63,865 nt of DNA, filler included, from Perkinsus chesapeaki ATCC PRA-425 (GCA_013115145.1; 9 parts of 9 records of this genome joined end to end with filler, not necessarily neighbours in it); one strand, 5' to 3'; numbered from the whole stretch's first letter, positions 48,949 to 60,152 are shown. A program made the numbers and translations. Notes: generated by a model from the sequence alone, not told the origin.

Positions 48949-49219
48949 TGATCTGTAGGACAGTTAAACTACAGTATATTATTACATTAATTTTCCTTAC
49001 TTATTGGTATTGAAATATTATTGGTGTTCATTTTACGGGGTGATGGTAAATCAGTTAGACTGAAAGTTAGCAATGAAGAATAGGACAATATAGATACTTA
49101 CCCTCCAACCCCCTCATCCCCCGCAACCACAACGACCCTAGCATGCCTCGCTCCTTTAAAACTTATGCCCGTTAACTGGCGAGAAGAGAAGATCATGCCG
49201 AGTGTTGGAAACAGCGTGA

Positions 49220-49327
49220 TCGATCAAAACTTCACGCACGGCCGACAAATTACGCCAAAAATGGCGACGTATGAAGGCTAATAAAGAATTGCCAACTACA
49301 CTAGCGAGAGAGAAATCTCCCAACTAA
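49220..49327 (+). pseudogene. Myb/SANT third-helix-like remnant
   Basis: SIKTSRTADKLRQKWRRMK resembles RT-x2-LKDKWRN; preceded by an in-frame stop. Confidence 0.35.
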
Positions 49328-51269
49328 CCAGACTCTTCTGCAATAAGAATTTAATTACTAGTATCACTTAAATTTGTTATTAAGAACTATTGTTTTGCGT
49401 TAACTTCCGACTAACTATTACTGTCAACAGGTTATTATTCTTGAATAATGTCACAAGTCTACGACATGCTAGTAAAAAAAATCAATGTTAATGGGCGAAT
49501 AAGATTGTTCCCCATATGCATCGCTTGCCAGGAAGAGGAATCCTCTTAGAGAATAAGGATGTGCTTGGTAAACGATAGTACAAACATTGAACACGTTACC
49601 TCAAATTACATTATAGGTAACGATATTACACCTGAATATCAGCAACGTATGAATCTTCGTAAACCATCAATGGTAATTGCACAAGTATGTACCGATGAAG
49701 AAAACAGTGATGATGATGTTGATGTAGAATCCATACCGGTAGATGTCACTGGAAAAGGTAATCAATTTAGATATTACTAGTGATAATTCCACACCACACA
49801 GATACGACACATAACGATGACAATCGTCATCTTCATGACATGGTTGGTAATGACAATGATAAATCATCAGAGAAATACGAAGTGGTCTATCGTATAAGAG
49901 AGAGCAGGCATTATTCTATGAAAGTGTTAAAGGTGAACATCAACGAACTACGTACATTTCTGATAGATGGAGTTGATGACGATAGACTACGGCTCTGGCG
50001 ATACCCCCTATGGGACAAAGATGGAGAGACCATCGTAAGAAGATGCCCCATGAAGAATCTACTTGAACAATTTGATGAACCTGAGATTGTCACTACAGGA
50101 GCAGTCCCGAAAAGTATCAAGTTATTAACGATTACAGACTATGTAAACATTAAATACGAAGAGTATAAAAATCTCACTAAGCATCAAAGTATTGATATAT
50201 TGGTCAGCTGTAGGGGTCGCACAAATGAAGCGGCAAAGGTAATGGACCATATAACTGAACTACCTTACAATAAAGATTGTTGTATTCTACAGTAGAATTT
50301 CTACTGCTCGTAGCTATGGATGGTTTAATAAATGATTACGCATATGTCATGTATGACCAATATCTTCGAGAGTTCGGGAAAATAGCAGAGGAGCAACGCA
50401 TCCCCATAATGCTCGTCTTTTACTTATGGCTACGTTTGCAAAAATCGACAAGACGAGTTAGTCAGTACATTCGAAACTTACACAAGTAACTTTCGAATCG
50501 ATCATCAAACTTTAAACAATTTAATTTACCTTTTGCGTAGTGTGTTAAGTTTTAATTCATGTTCTTATAAACTTAGAAAAAGTGTTATACATTATAGTGG
50601 GTGAATTACTATTATGTCACCGTCCTCTGAAGATCCGGATGAATTTCTGGAACGCACGAATCCTAAGATGCAGAAGACATATAAGAGCGGAGCTGCATCA
50701 AATGTCATGACACCTGATAGATATCAGAAATGTGTTCGATCAAAAAAAGATTCTACTACTGGCTAAATCGTACTTTCAATAAAATGGTAAGTAATACCTG
50801 AGTACTATGATTATTAATATTATTCTCTCAGAATACCGCTGTCCTTATTATTCAACACTTAATCTCATGGATGGTATGGAGAGTTCAGGGACCTACGTAA
50901 TAAAGGCTATGCATCGTATATTTTAAATTCCTATCAAGGTTTGATGAAACCGACAAGTATCGGCAAGTTAAGTGCCGCATCAATGAAGAGCAACGAATTA
51001 CCAAGCCTTTCAATCAACCTCATCTTCACTTCCCACAGTTCTGCATATGGCGTTAATAATCGTAACACTAAGGGTTTAATCTATATCATTGCGCATGTAT
51101 AATGTACAGACAGTAACTACATGGGTTCCGGCTAATTGAAGCAGAGCAATGGATTCCCATCCTACTTGTGTTTTACTTGTGACTACATTTACATTAATGA
51201 GAGACGTATTGAACACTATATTCGTAACATATAGAAATAAGTAACAACGCTATAGTAGTAACGAGAGCG

Positions 51270-52882
51270 AAACTATTTACGATATCGGTAAAATCTTCAA
51301 AACTGATGACATTTGGTTGCTTCGTCGCACTGTCCAGAGTAAGAAGCAGTACAGAGTCCTGGACAAGCTGGGCGGGCTTGACTTTGGAACTGTACAATTT
51401 ACTACTTCTTACTCGAAATCGTGCGATAAGTGGCCTGTCATAGATGTAGAACATACTTTCTATTTTCGTTTACGCCACGTAATCAGGGCATTGACTAGCA
51501 TGGACTTCAGTGTGTCTCAAACGCGCCACAAGTTCCGTCAACTGCTAGCCAACTACCGAAATCTACATACCAAGCTTTCAAGGGTGGATAAAAAGGATGT
51601 TGGCGGATACCGGATTGAATGCCGTTTCCACGTGAAAAACGTATCAACTCCTTCCATCCAAGAAGCTGTAGACTGGTTACTGGCACGTGGTAAGTATAAC
51701 CTCGATTCCTATCCAGACCTTCGAACAGTTAAATTTGCGGACTATCTGAGTTTAACCGACAAGGCACTCAAAGCCGCAGAGAAACTTGAACTGGCCAGTT
51801 GGGACAACAGAAATACCTTCCCTAAGGACCTCACATATTTCTCTGCTTATTTGATTAACTTGTTCGGGGAGGCCAATAGTTACACACAACAAAGGTCGCG
51901 AGGCTTATCACTTTTATTTGCGTATTTATAACGAGGACGTTACACTACACGAAACCCGCCCTTCCACACCTCCCCCAGTGGGAGAGGTACAACCGGAAGA
52001 CCGCGAAGTCTACACACCCGAAAGGGCGAACACTGGACCAGCGGCAGTGAGTAGCGACGTCAATATACTAGACGACAATTTGGCGCTAACCCTCTACAGA
52101 GTCGTGAAGTGGCGCCGACCCTTTTCTGGAGCTCAAAATAAGCAAGGACTAATTGCTTACAGCCTAAAAAAGGCGGCTCAAAAGAAAGGGAACAAGTCGG
52201 TGTCACAAGCTTTCAAGTCCTACGCCGATGCTATGCAATATATTATCTCCCAGTTCGGTGCAGGCTGGAGAGCGCACGTTGTTCTGTATGGAGGAAACGC
52301 GTCAAAACGTCGTGTATTTAGGGATGTTGATTGGGGATTTGATGGCAATGTGTTGCAACCCGCTCATGAGTGGCGCAACATGCCCGCTCGAGCAACCGAC
52401 ACATTCCCGACGTACTGGTGGAGAACAGAAGGACCAGGACAAGGACACTATACGTGGGTCCTGCGTAATAAAGAGTTCTACCGCATCATCGTTCCTGGCG
52501 ATGGGTCTTGCCTCTTTTACGCAAACTCTGTCTCAGCCAATGCTCTTCCTGGGAGGTTGCCAAGCTGTATACGCGACAAGAACGTTGAGGATTTCCCGTT
52601 AATTCTCCGCCACGAAGTCTGCAACATTCTGCAGAACAACCCTCCTCTACAGGACAGTTGGGAAGCAGAGTGTCCAAGGCTTGGGCGGGAGAAAGAGAGT
52701 TGTCGGTCATAGCGACCATTTTCAATCGACGGGTGGTAGTACTTCAGCGTACCAACGGAACGTCTCGCGACCTTCACGAGGTACAAGCCTGGGGCAACGC
52801 CACTCGAGAAGTTGATCCACTCTGCACCTACTATGATGGCACCTGCCATTATAGTGGCCTCATCGAGAAGCGTAAGCAGTAG
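51270..52882 (+). pseudogene. Frameshifted ORF, arm B: unknown GGYRIE domain + complete OTU-like protease
   Basis: ORFs 51317-51931, 51918-52712 and 52658-52882; PGDGSCLFYA (Cys), WAGEREL..IA..F.RRVVV, YYDGTCHY (His); frameshifts near 51890 and 52660. Confidence 0.78.
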
Positions 52883-53178
52883 GTTTACTTCCTCGGTTGT
52901 GTAGGTGCGGTTGAACCTGTGTAGGGTTCCTTTGTTACGTTTCTTTCCTTTGTTTCCTATTCTTTGCATGTTCTACTCTGGCCACCTATATCGCTTTATA
53001 TTATTCTGTGCATTACTAATATCTTGCTGTCTTGCAATATGAATAACATTTGAGTTCAGCAGTCAATTAATGGGGGAGGGGTAGTTACAGAAAACTAGAG
53101 GGGAACAAAACGAAACAATCTGAGTACAGAAACCACGCCTCACTTTTACAACACTAGGGAAACAATAAACATTATAGT

Positions 53179-53252
53179 GACATTTTAGCTTAGCTGGTTA
53201 AGCACGCGTGCTGTGACGCAGAAGGTCCCGGGTTCGAATCCCAAGGGTGACT
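53179..53252 (+). tRNA. Degenerate tRNA (isotype uncertain; Val-like 3' half, apparent GTG at the anticodon position), probably a pseudogene
   Basis: D arm GCTT/AAGC, GGTTCGAATCCC, then T5; anticodon, T and acceptor stems are imperfect. Confidence 0.55.
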
Positions 53253-53607
53253 TTTTAAACACTTTTCTACTTGTCGTTCTCCTAGGTGCTACCCACCCTA
53301 CCCAGTATACTTCATAACCATATATCTCAGTAACCACGCATTTTCAATACATCAAACTCCGCCCACGTATGCTACTGAACCTCCTCTATAACATAGCCGA
53401 AAAGAAACGAGATTCAAATACGCAGCAATGCATGTATACCATCAGACCTGTCCCCACTCACCAAATTCACAGCAGGGTCTTTCTTCCGACCAGCTCCTGC
53501 CATCTGTNNNNNNNNNNNNNNNNNNNNNNNNNNNNNNNNNNNNNNNNNNNNTTAATTAATTAANNNNNNNNNNNNNNNNNNNNNNNNNNNNNNNNNNNNN
53601 NNNNNNN

Positions 53608-54175
53608 CTCTGTCAACGGCGTCCAACGCATCTCGCATCAACCATGGAATACCAGGCGGGCCTGCCTTAGTATTCCTACCGATAATACGCACCGGTTTCT
53701 CAGAATACATAATATCTAACTGAAAATGTTTCAAAAAGTCGTGCCCCAGAATCACGGGGAACGCTAAGGATTCTACAATAAAAGCTGTAATCAGGAAGGG
53801 AATCTTCGAATCGTCAGCAGCGGGGCGAATTCCCTCACCAACCCCTGCAGCCGTAAACAGATTAATCGCTAATGTTGCAACACCAATAATTTTACACGAC
53901 GACTTATCTATCGTAATCAAAGACGGTCCATTCACGGGACTAATATCACACCCTGCGGGAATCATATCACGTGCTACCATTGTGGCACAGCAGCCAGTAT
54001 CCACGAGGCAGCGTACAGGGCCTACAGACTGGAAATTTGACACAAGTGGTACAAACAAAAACAGACCAGAATTATTTCCGAATGGGTACAAAGTCAATAC
54101 TTTCTTATCACTAGGGGTCAAGACTTTAGCGGTTGGCGACCGCGGGCTGCTAGGCGGCCGCCCCACTAATTTCCC
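53608..54175 (-). CDS. Retropepsin (start of pol), -1 frame relative to gag, partial
   Basis: CLVDTGCCATMV catalytic DTG and VILGHDFL motif. Confidence 0.88.
54135..54175 (-). promoter_or_regulatory. -1 programmed ribosomal frameshift signal
   Basis: G GGA AAT heptamer (54175-54169) in gag frame, 6-nt spacer, 9-bp stem GGCGGCCGC/GCGGTCGCC with 10-nt loop. Confidence 0.8.
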
Positions 54176-55443
54176 TGCTCCGGCGTCACACCCTTCTTAA
54201 CCTTCTCCAATAGGGCTTGACGCTCAGGACACGAGCGGGACAAGTGAGCAGTAGATCCACAGATATAACAACCTTCACTGAACTTCTTATGGGGGCAGTT
54301 ATAGGATGCATGCTTCCCCTCACAAAGTCCGCACGGCATAAGCTGTCTCCTGGGCTGCGCGGGTCCAGCACGCATACCCCTGCCGTTGCCACCGGGACTT
54401 TGTTGGGTCTTGAGGATATCCTTCAGCGAACCCAGCAGCGCATTCTGGGACGTGTGCATAGCATTGATAGCCTTAGTCTGCGATTCAATAAGCGAAGCCA
54501 ATTGCTTGTCGTTGTCCGGGGGAGTCTGCGCAACCGCCGCGGGGCACGCGTGCTCATCCTCGGTCACGGCCGCCGCAGCGTGCCTTATTGCCCGAGTCTG
54601 CTTTCCCCTGTAGTCCTCAATAATGTGGCAGACATCAGTTACATCCTTGGGACGTCGTCTTCTCAAAACCGGCTTGGCTCCCTCCGGGGCACACGCAATA
54701 AGACGATCCAGAAGCATACGACTCTTGACCAAGGGGGGAAGCTTCTCGTCCACCGGCAACATCTTATCGTACTCCTCAAGGGAGCGTTTCAGAATGGCCA
54801 TGAACTGACTAACATGGCCCTTACCATCCCAGGATAGAGCATGAAACTTCTCCAAGGCCTCGTCGGGACGAATCAAGTCAAAGAGTTGTAACATCATCTC
54901 GCGATCAGCCGTGAAGCTCTTCTTCCCAGCGTTCTCGTCCCAAGTATCAAAATAGGAATCCCTGAAGAAGCTGCCTAGTCTCTCGGCCATCATACGATCA
55001 TCCCAACCGGCCGCTTTAGCATCCGCCTCAAATCGGCGGAACCAGTTTCTCAGATCGGACACTCCATCATATCTCTCCGGCATCTGGGCAGTGACCACCT
55101 GTAGAGTCTGGCCGATCAGGGTAGGCGTCAGGGTATCCCCCTTTCGCGACAACACACTCTGGTTGCCGTCGTCGACAGGTTCCGTAGCAATACTTTGGTG
55201 CTTCAACGTCGGGGTAGCTTGAGGGGGCGACCTCTCCTCCAATACGCGATTGTAGTCCTCGGCCGCGCGCCTCGCAACTTCGGCCGCGTGGTTAGCCGCC
55301 GCCTCCCCTAACTCGAGACGAATAAACTCGTCATAGGCTTCCCGAGCTGCTTCCTCAGGATCCCGGCGCACCAAGGGGGCCCGAGGGCCGTCCCCCTCTG
55401 CCTGGGGCAAAGGAGGCGTAGAACCAGAAGCTGAACCGACCAT
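54166..55443 (-). CDS. Gag polyprotein
   Basis: PERYDG..DLRNWFRRFE capsid-like motif; CYICGSTAHLSRSC (CCHC) and CGLCEGKHASYNC knuckles. Confidence 0.88.
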   Translation of the reverse strand: MVGSASGSTPPLPQAEGDGPRAPLVRRDPEEAAREAYDEFIRLELGEAAANHAAEVARRAAEDYNRVLEERSPPQATPTLKHQSIATEPVDDGNQSVLSRKGDTLTPTLIGQTLQVVTAQMPERYDGVSDLRNWFRRFEADAKAAGWDDRMMAERLGSFFRDSYFDTWDENAGKKSFTADREMMLQLFDLIRPDEALEKFHALSWDGKGHVSQFMAILKRSLEEYDKMLPVDEKLPPLVKSRMLLDRLIACAPEGAKPVLRRRRPKDVTDVCHIIEDYRGKQTRAIRHAAAAVTEDEHACPAAVAQTPPDNDKQLASLIESQTKAINAMHTSQNALLGSLKDILKTQQSPGGNGRGMRAGPAQPRRQLMPCGLCEGKHASYNCPHKKFSEGCYICGSTAHLSRSCPERQALLEKVKKGVTPEQGN

Positions 55444-55473
55444 ACCGTAGTTGCAGTTGTTCGTAACAAGGAG

Positions 55474-55482
55474 CTGCTACCA
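55474..55482 (-). promoter_or_regulatory. Primer-binding site complementary to the initiator tRNA-Met 3' end
   Basis: TGGTAGCAG 6 nt after the LTR end; eukaryotic tRNAi-Met commonly ends ...CUGCUACCA. Confidence 0.8.
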
Positions 55483-55660
55483 GAAAGGTGTCGCGGTATT
55501 AGTTGATGAACTCTGAAGAATAACACAACAAAGGAGCTTGAGCCAGAATACCAATACTACNNNNNNNNNNNNNNNNNNNNNNNNNNNNNNNNNNNNNNNN
55601 NNNNTTAATTAATTAANNNNNNNNNNNNNNNNNNNNNNNNNNNNNNNNNNNNNNNNNNNN

Positions 55661-56326
55661 TTGCTGTTGCTGGTCACCAAAGCCTCCGTCTTGCTGTTGC
55701 TGGTCACCAAAGCCTCCGTCTTGCTGTTGCTGGTCACCAAAGCCTCCGTCTTGCTGTTGCTGGCCACCAAAGCCACCGTCCTGCTGTTGCTGGTCACCAA
55801 AGCCTCCGTCCTGCTGTTGCTGGTCATCGCTCTGGTCCTGTTGTTGGCCACGGAAACGGCCACCAAAGCCTCCGTCTTGCTGTTGCTGGTCACCAAAGCC
55901 ACCGTCCTGCTGTTGCTGGTCACCAAAGCCATCGTCTTGCTGTTGTTGATCCTGATCGTCTGATCCTTTTACAGCTTCATGTACTCTACCAGCAATATCA
56001 GCTGTCTTGTTTGCAGCGTCGGTGACCTTCTCAGCGGCACCATCGCCACCTACAAAAGAAAGTTGCCAATTCGCTGACCAGAATCGGTGTCAGTTCCTTA
56101 CCTATCTTATCAACAGCTGACTGTATGTTATCATCTTGCATCACATTAGCTGCATCTGACATACAATAAGCCATGATTCTCGCCATGTCAATATGTATCA
56201 GTTACCATCGGCCGCTTGTCTAACTTCGGTGGCCTTATTGGCAACTTCATCGACCTTCGAGGTATCTTCGTTGTCCTTAGAAAAGACGTTCTTAACGCTA
56301 TCGGCAAAGTCGTTCAATGCGCCCAT
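55661..56326 (-). CDS. Spliced hydrophilic protein with (DGGFGDQQQQ)n repeat from a 30-bp unit; 3' end in gap; absent from the ORF track in this frame
   Basis: ATG 56326 MGALNDFADSVKNVFSKDNEDTSKVDEVANKATEVRQAAD; later exon ...VKGSDDQDQQQQDDGFGDQQQQDGGFG... Confidence 0.7.
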
Positions 56327-57433
56327 TTCAAAAATATAATTATATCAAACTTACTGTGAAAGTGTGCATCAACCTAAGATTCCCCGAAATACTATATAGT
56401 GCAGCTCCCTACACAACAGGCGTATCTTTTTAGAGCTTGTCACAGAGGGTTAAGCTCTCATTGCACAACTGAGGAATCCTATGAAGACCATTTAAGACGG
56501 ACCAACAATGCACCCACTGGCGTGTCACAAGCTTTTGATGTGTTTCGCTATGTGGATTTTGAATTCTAAGTCGGTGCCGTTTAGACTCGTCGAAACGTCC
56601 GTAGACGCGCAGAAGGCGGAGCGAAGCGCGCTATGTTTGGCTTTTTCCGAAATCAGTGTGAACGCAAGCACATACTGTTCGCACTCGACAAAGCACCACC
56701 TAAGGGATGGGTAGCATCTCTGATATTGCCTCCCTGTTATGGCCGGCGAGGATTCATCTGTTCCGCAGCATAGAGGAATCTTACCCAAGATTGGTCTGCA
56801 CGCTCAAGTTCAGGAGCTCGAGGTTACCTCCAACCTAAGATTCTCGGTAGATGTTGCTGTGGTAGACGTTGATAGCCGAGACTTTGCGGACGTCTCGGAA
56901 GGAGGCAGAGACGCTTAGGACCGCTAGGAGCCATCGGCAGCAATCGGGAAGCTTGAGAACCGCAAAAATTGGGGAAGCAGTGGAGAACATGAAAAAAGGG
57001 ATTGCTCGACGTGGGTTTCGTTCGACAAATTAATTATAGAAATAACCGTAATTGACTTTGCCGGAGGTCCGCAAATTTTCTATAGAGCTGCTAACCTATT
57101 GTGCATCTTTGAGATATTGTTGTCAGATATCGTGGAAAGGAAGAGTACATTAGTAAGGTTCATCGACCAGCAAAAGGATGTGAACGAGAAAATAAGGAAA
57201 CATATTGACATCCTTCGAGATGATAATGTCCACACCAATTCCTCCTCCATTGCATCTTGCCAGCATTTCAGGCCTCATTACAGCAGACTGTAATTAAGCT
57301 GCAGCGGCGACTTAGAGAGGTCGACCTAGCTCTCGGTGACTGAGATCATGTCTAGAGTATCTTAGTCGTATATCAGAAGCACGCTTCGAGCTTAGTGTAT
57401 CAATTCCGATCGTATTAGTTTTTTTCTATCCAA

Positions 57434-60152
57434 ATGTCTTATCGTATCCCTGCCAGTGGTGGCATGTTCGTATTTGGTTTGCTGTTTAGTGCCGTCTTTG
57501 GTGAAGTCAGAGAGGTGGAGTTCCACTCCTTTACTCAGGTAAGCCTCAGGTCATCTTTATCTTGTTTACCTCGAATAGAAACTCTCTAGAGACCATCACC
57601 GAGACTTTTCTGCGGTAACCTAATGCACTCCTTGAGGCAATTTCCTCCGAAATTTCTTCATAGTAGAGTTTCCGTGATGCCCCTAGTTTGGAATTGATTC
57701 GCAGATTTCCCCGTCTATCATGAGTATAGTGATTTCGGCTTTATGACCATTGCCCGGCTAAACTGACAAATATAAAATTGCAATGTGGTAACTTATTACT
57801 ATTATTATTTTTGAAGCCTCCTCCTTTTTGACGCTTCAGCGGTTTATATCTCTCTAAGACGTTTACCCCCGTCACGGAACTCGCCCGTACGGCGGAATTT
57901 CAAGGATCAGTATTGACTAGCGCATAATCATAATACGCTTTATCTTTCATATTTGCTATTGTTGAGGGGCTCACTCTGCTCACCTGCGTGGAGCACTAGA
58001 GCCGTGCTGTTGATCTGCTGTTAGGCGAATGTGCGTTGTTCAGGAAATGGATTTCCACAAATTCACTTCGCGATGGGATAGCATTGGGACCTGTCTCCCC
58101 GAACACAACCACATAGTTCTATCCCCGAGGGCAGCAGACAGATACGGTGCTTTGTGGAATAAGTAGGAGACGAACGAGACTATATGGAAATAATAATGCT
58201 GTTATTTCGAAGGTTCCCGCTGCACACCAACGACTTCGAGGTGGAATTTACGATCCTGTCGGAGGCTCCACGACAGGGCGGCGACCCGGCTCATGAAGAG
58301 GTGACAATTTTAGGGAATGTTGGGAACTACTCCAGCTGCATTAGGGCTTTGCATTCTGGTACGTGTACGATAATGCATCCTCGGGCTATGACGATTTGGT
58401 GAAGATTACGGAGGGAACTACGGACAAGCTGAAGGATATGGGTGGGGCACAAGTTCGAACCCCGGATAGGGCATTTTTTGTGTGGCAGGAATGGGCATGA
58501 TGGGCTACAAGAACAACTTTGATGGTGTTGGTGTATTTTTCGCGAACAACAAGTTCTCTGAATCCGGCGAAATGGTGCTCAAGCCAAGCGCCTCAATTAT
58601 TATCAATGATGGTGGGCAGAGATTCGACCGGCAAAGAGATCTTCCCTCGGGTAACCGCAGTCATATGTCCGTCAACAGTGAAATATGTAAATCAGGTCAC
58701 GGCTCATATTGGAGCTTCCGTAACACTAAGTTGAAGGTAAGGATCAGGATGCAACCAAATGACGTGTTGGTGGAAGCTAAGGCGGAGGTGGGCAGGATTT
58801 GGGGGAAATGTGGTATAAATTATGCTGTTATAGAATCAAGGTTGGGTTAAGCTGATTGAACATAAGATAGATAATGACAGATTACGTTTGAAGCCGGGAG
58901 GGTAGGTCAGCGATGCTGCGGTGCGTCGGTGTAGCTAGAGGTGTCAGGTACATTGGTCTTACGTCAATGGTGGGCAACTCCCCGAATCAGCCATCCTTTC
59001 GCGCGGATCTCATCGGCATCCAGGATCTCCACGTCAGAAATCACGACAACAGTATGATGTAAGTTGTAATGTGAGACGGTGTGTATGTTACTCTGGTTGG
59101 TAGTGGTGGCGCCCCCAAGGTGGAATTCAAACCTTATAGACCAGTTCAACACATAGACTTCCTCGAGGAGAATAATGGTATAGTCGGGACGGGGAAATGT
59201 CAATAATAGTGGCGATTTTTGGGCTTGTTCTTTTTAACGAATTTTCCATACCCCTTCAAACAGAGCTTGTCCAGTTCAGACTCGACAAACGAATTGTAAG
59301 TTGATTAGATTTGCTTACCTCTATCTTTGCTGAGGTGGCGACTTGGCTCGCTGGAGATTTCTGAGATCTGGGTGGCCGATCGATATTATCAAGTATAGCA
59401 ATTTGAGCTTTAGTCGAATAACTTGAATTATGACGTGGAAAATGTGATGTGATGATTTCTGTCAGGTGGAGGGAGCAGTCAGGGAACAGTGATAAATGAT
59501 CTAGTACGAGCGGTTTATAGTGTCATAACTGGATTGGAGCCAATGAATTCTATGGGAGAAAGGACCATTAAAGAGCTACAGGTAGGATTTACGTTCATCC
59601 GTCGAACGACCCGGGTTCGATCCCCGGCATGGGTATTTTATTGGTAGGCAAAACTCGACACACTACATCAAGAGATGACAGACTTGAAAGAAGCTGTGGA
59701 GTCCATTGGCGGAGGGAATATGGCAGAGCAATATCAAACGCTGAGGAACGAACTTGTCCAAGTTTCCCGCGAGGTAGTACTTTAAGCTGCGCTCGTTGCT
59801 GTGGTGGAAAGCGCTTATTAGACGATGCGGTCGAACTTCGAGAAGAGGAGAAGTCTGGAGGAGCTCTCAGAGCACGCTCAAAAGATTGTAGGGGAGATTG
59901 GGTGGGCTGGCAGGGAATGATGGGTGTCAGGGATCACTTGGAGATGTATCTGGCAAGATCAAAAATAAACTGGCGAGTCAAGGAAACACTTTATGTAATA
60001 TAGCTCGGGATCGAACCCGATACCTTCCGATTGGTAGCCGTGGATGTTCCCTTTTAGTCTATTTGGCTGTTGCGAGTCTCGTCGCGGTTTTGGTGGTGGG
60101 CAGTGGTGTTTACGCCAAGTTCAGAAGGCTGGAGAAGAAGCATATGTTGTAA
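57434..60152 (+). CDS. L-type lectin cargo receptor (ERGIC-53/VIP36/Emp47-like), many exons
   Basis: Signal-like MFVFGLLFSAVFG then HSF; GALWNK|FPLHTNDFEVEF; GFAFWY; GYKNNFDGVGVFF; GYIGLTS; coiled-coil stalk; TM segment; KKHML tail. Confidence 0.85.
59582..59635 (+). pseudogene. tRNA-Glu-like 3' fragment inside lectin intron 59582-59647
   Basis: Perfect T arm CCGGG-TTCGATC-CCCGG, acceptor strand CATGGGTA, then TTTT; remnant TTC anticodon region. Confidence 0.65.

Larger units (their letters stand above)
53608..55560 (-). mobile_element. Ty3/gypsy LTR retrotransposon, 5' portion (LTR end, PBS, gag, protease), truncated by gaps on both sides
   Basis: LTR ends ...CCGCGACA at 55489, then PBS, gag with CCHC knuckle, and -1 frame aspartic protease. 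Confidence 0.9.
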
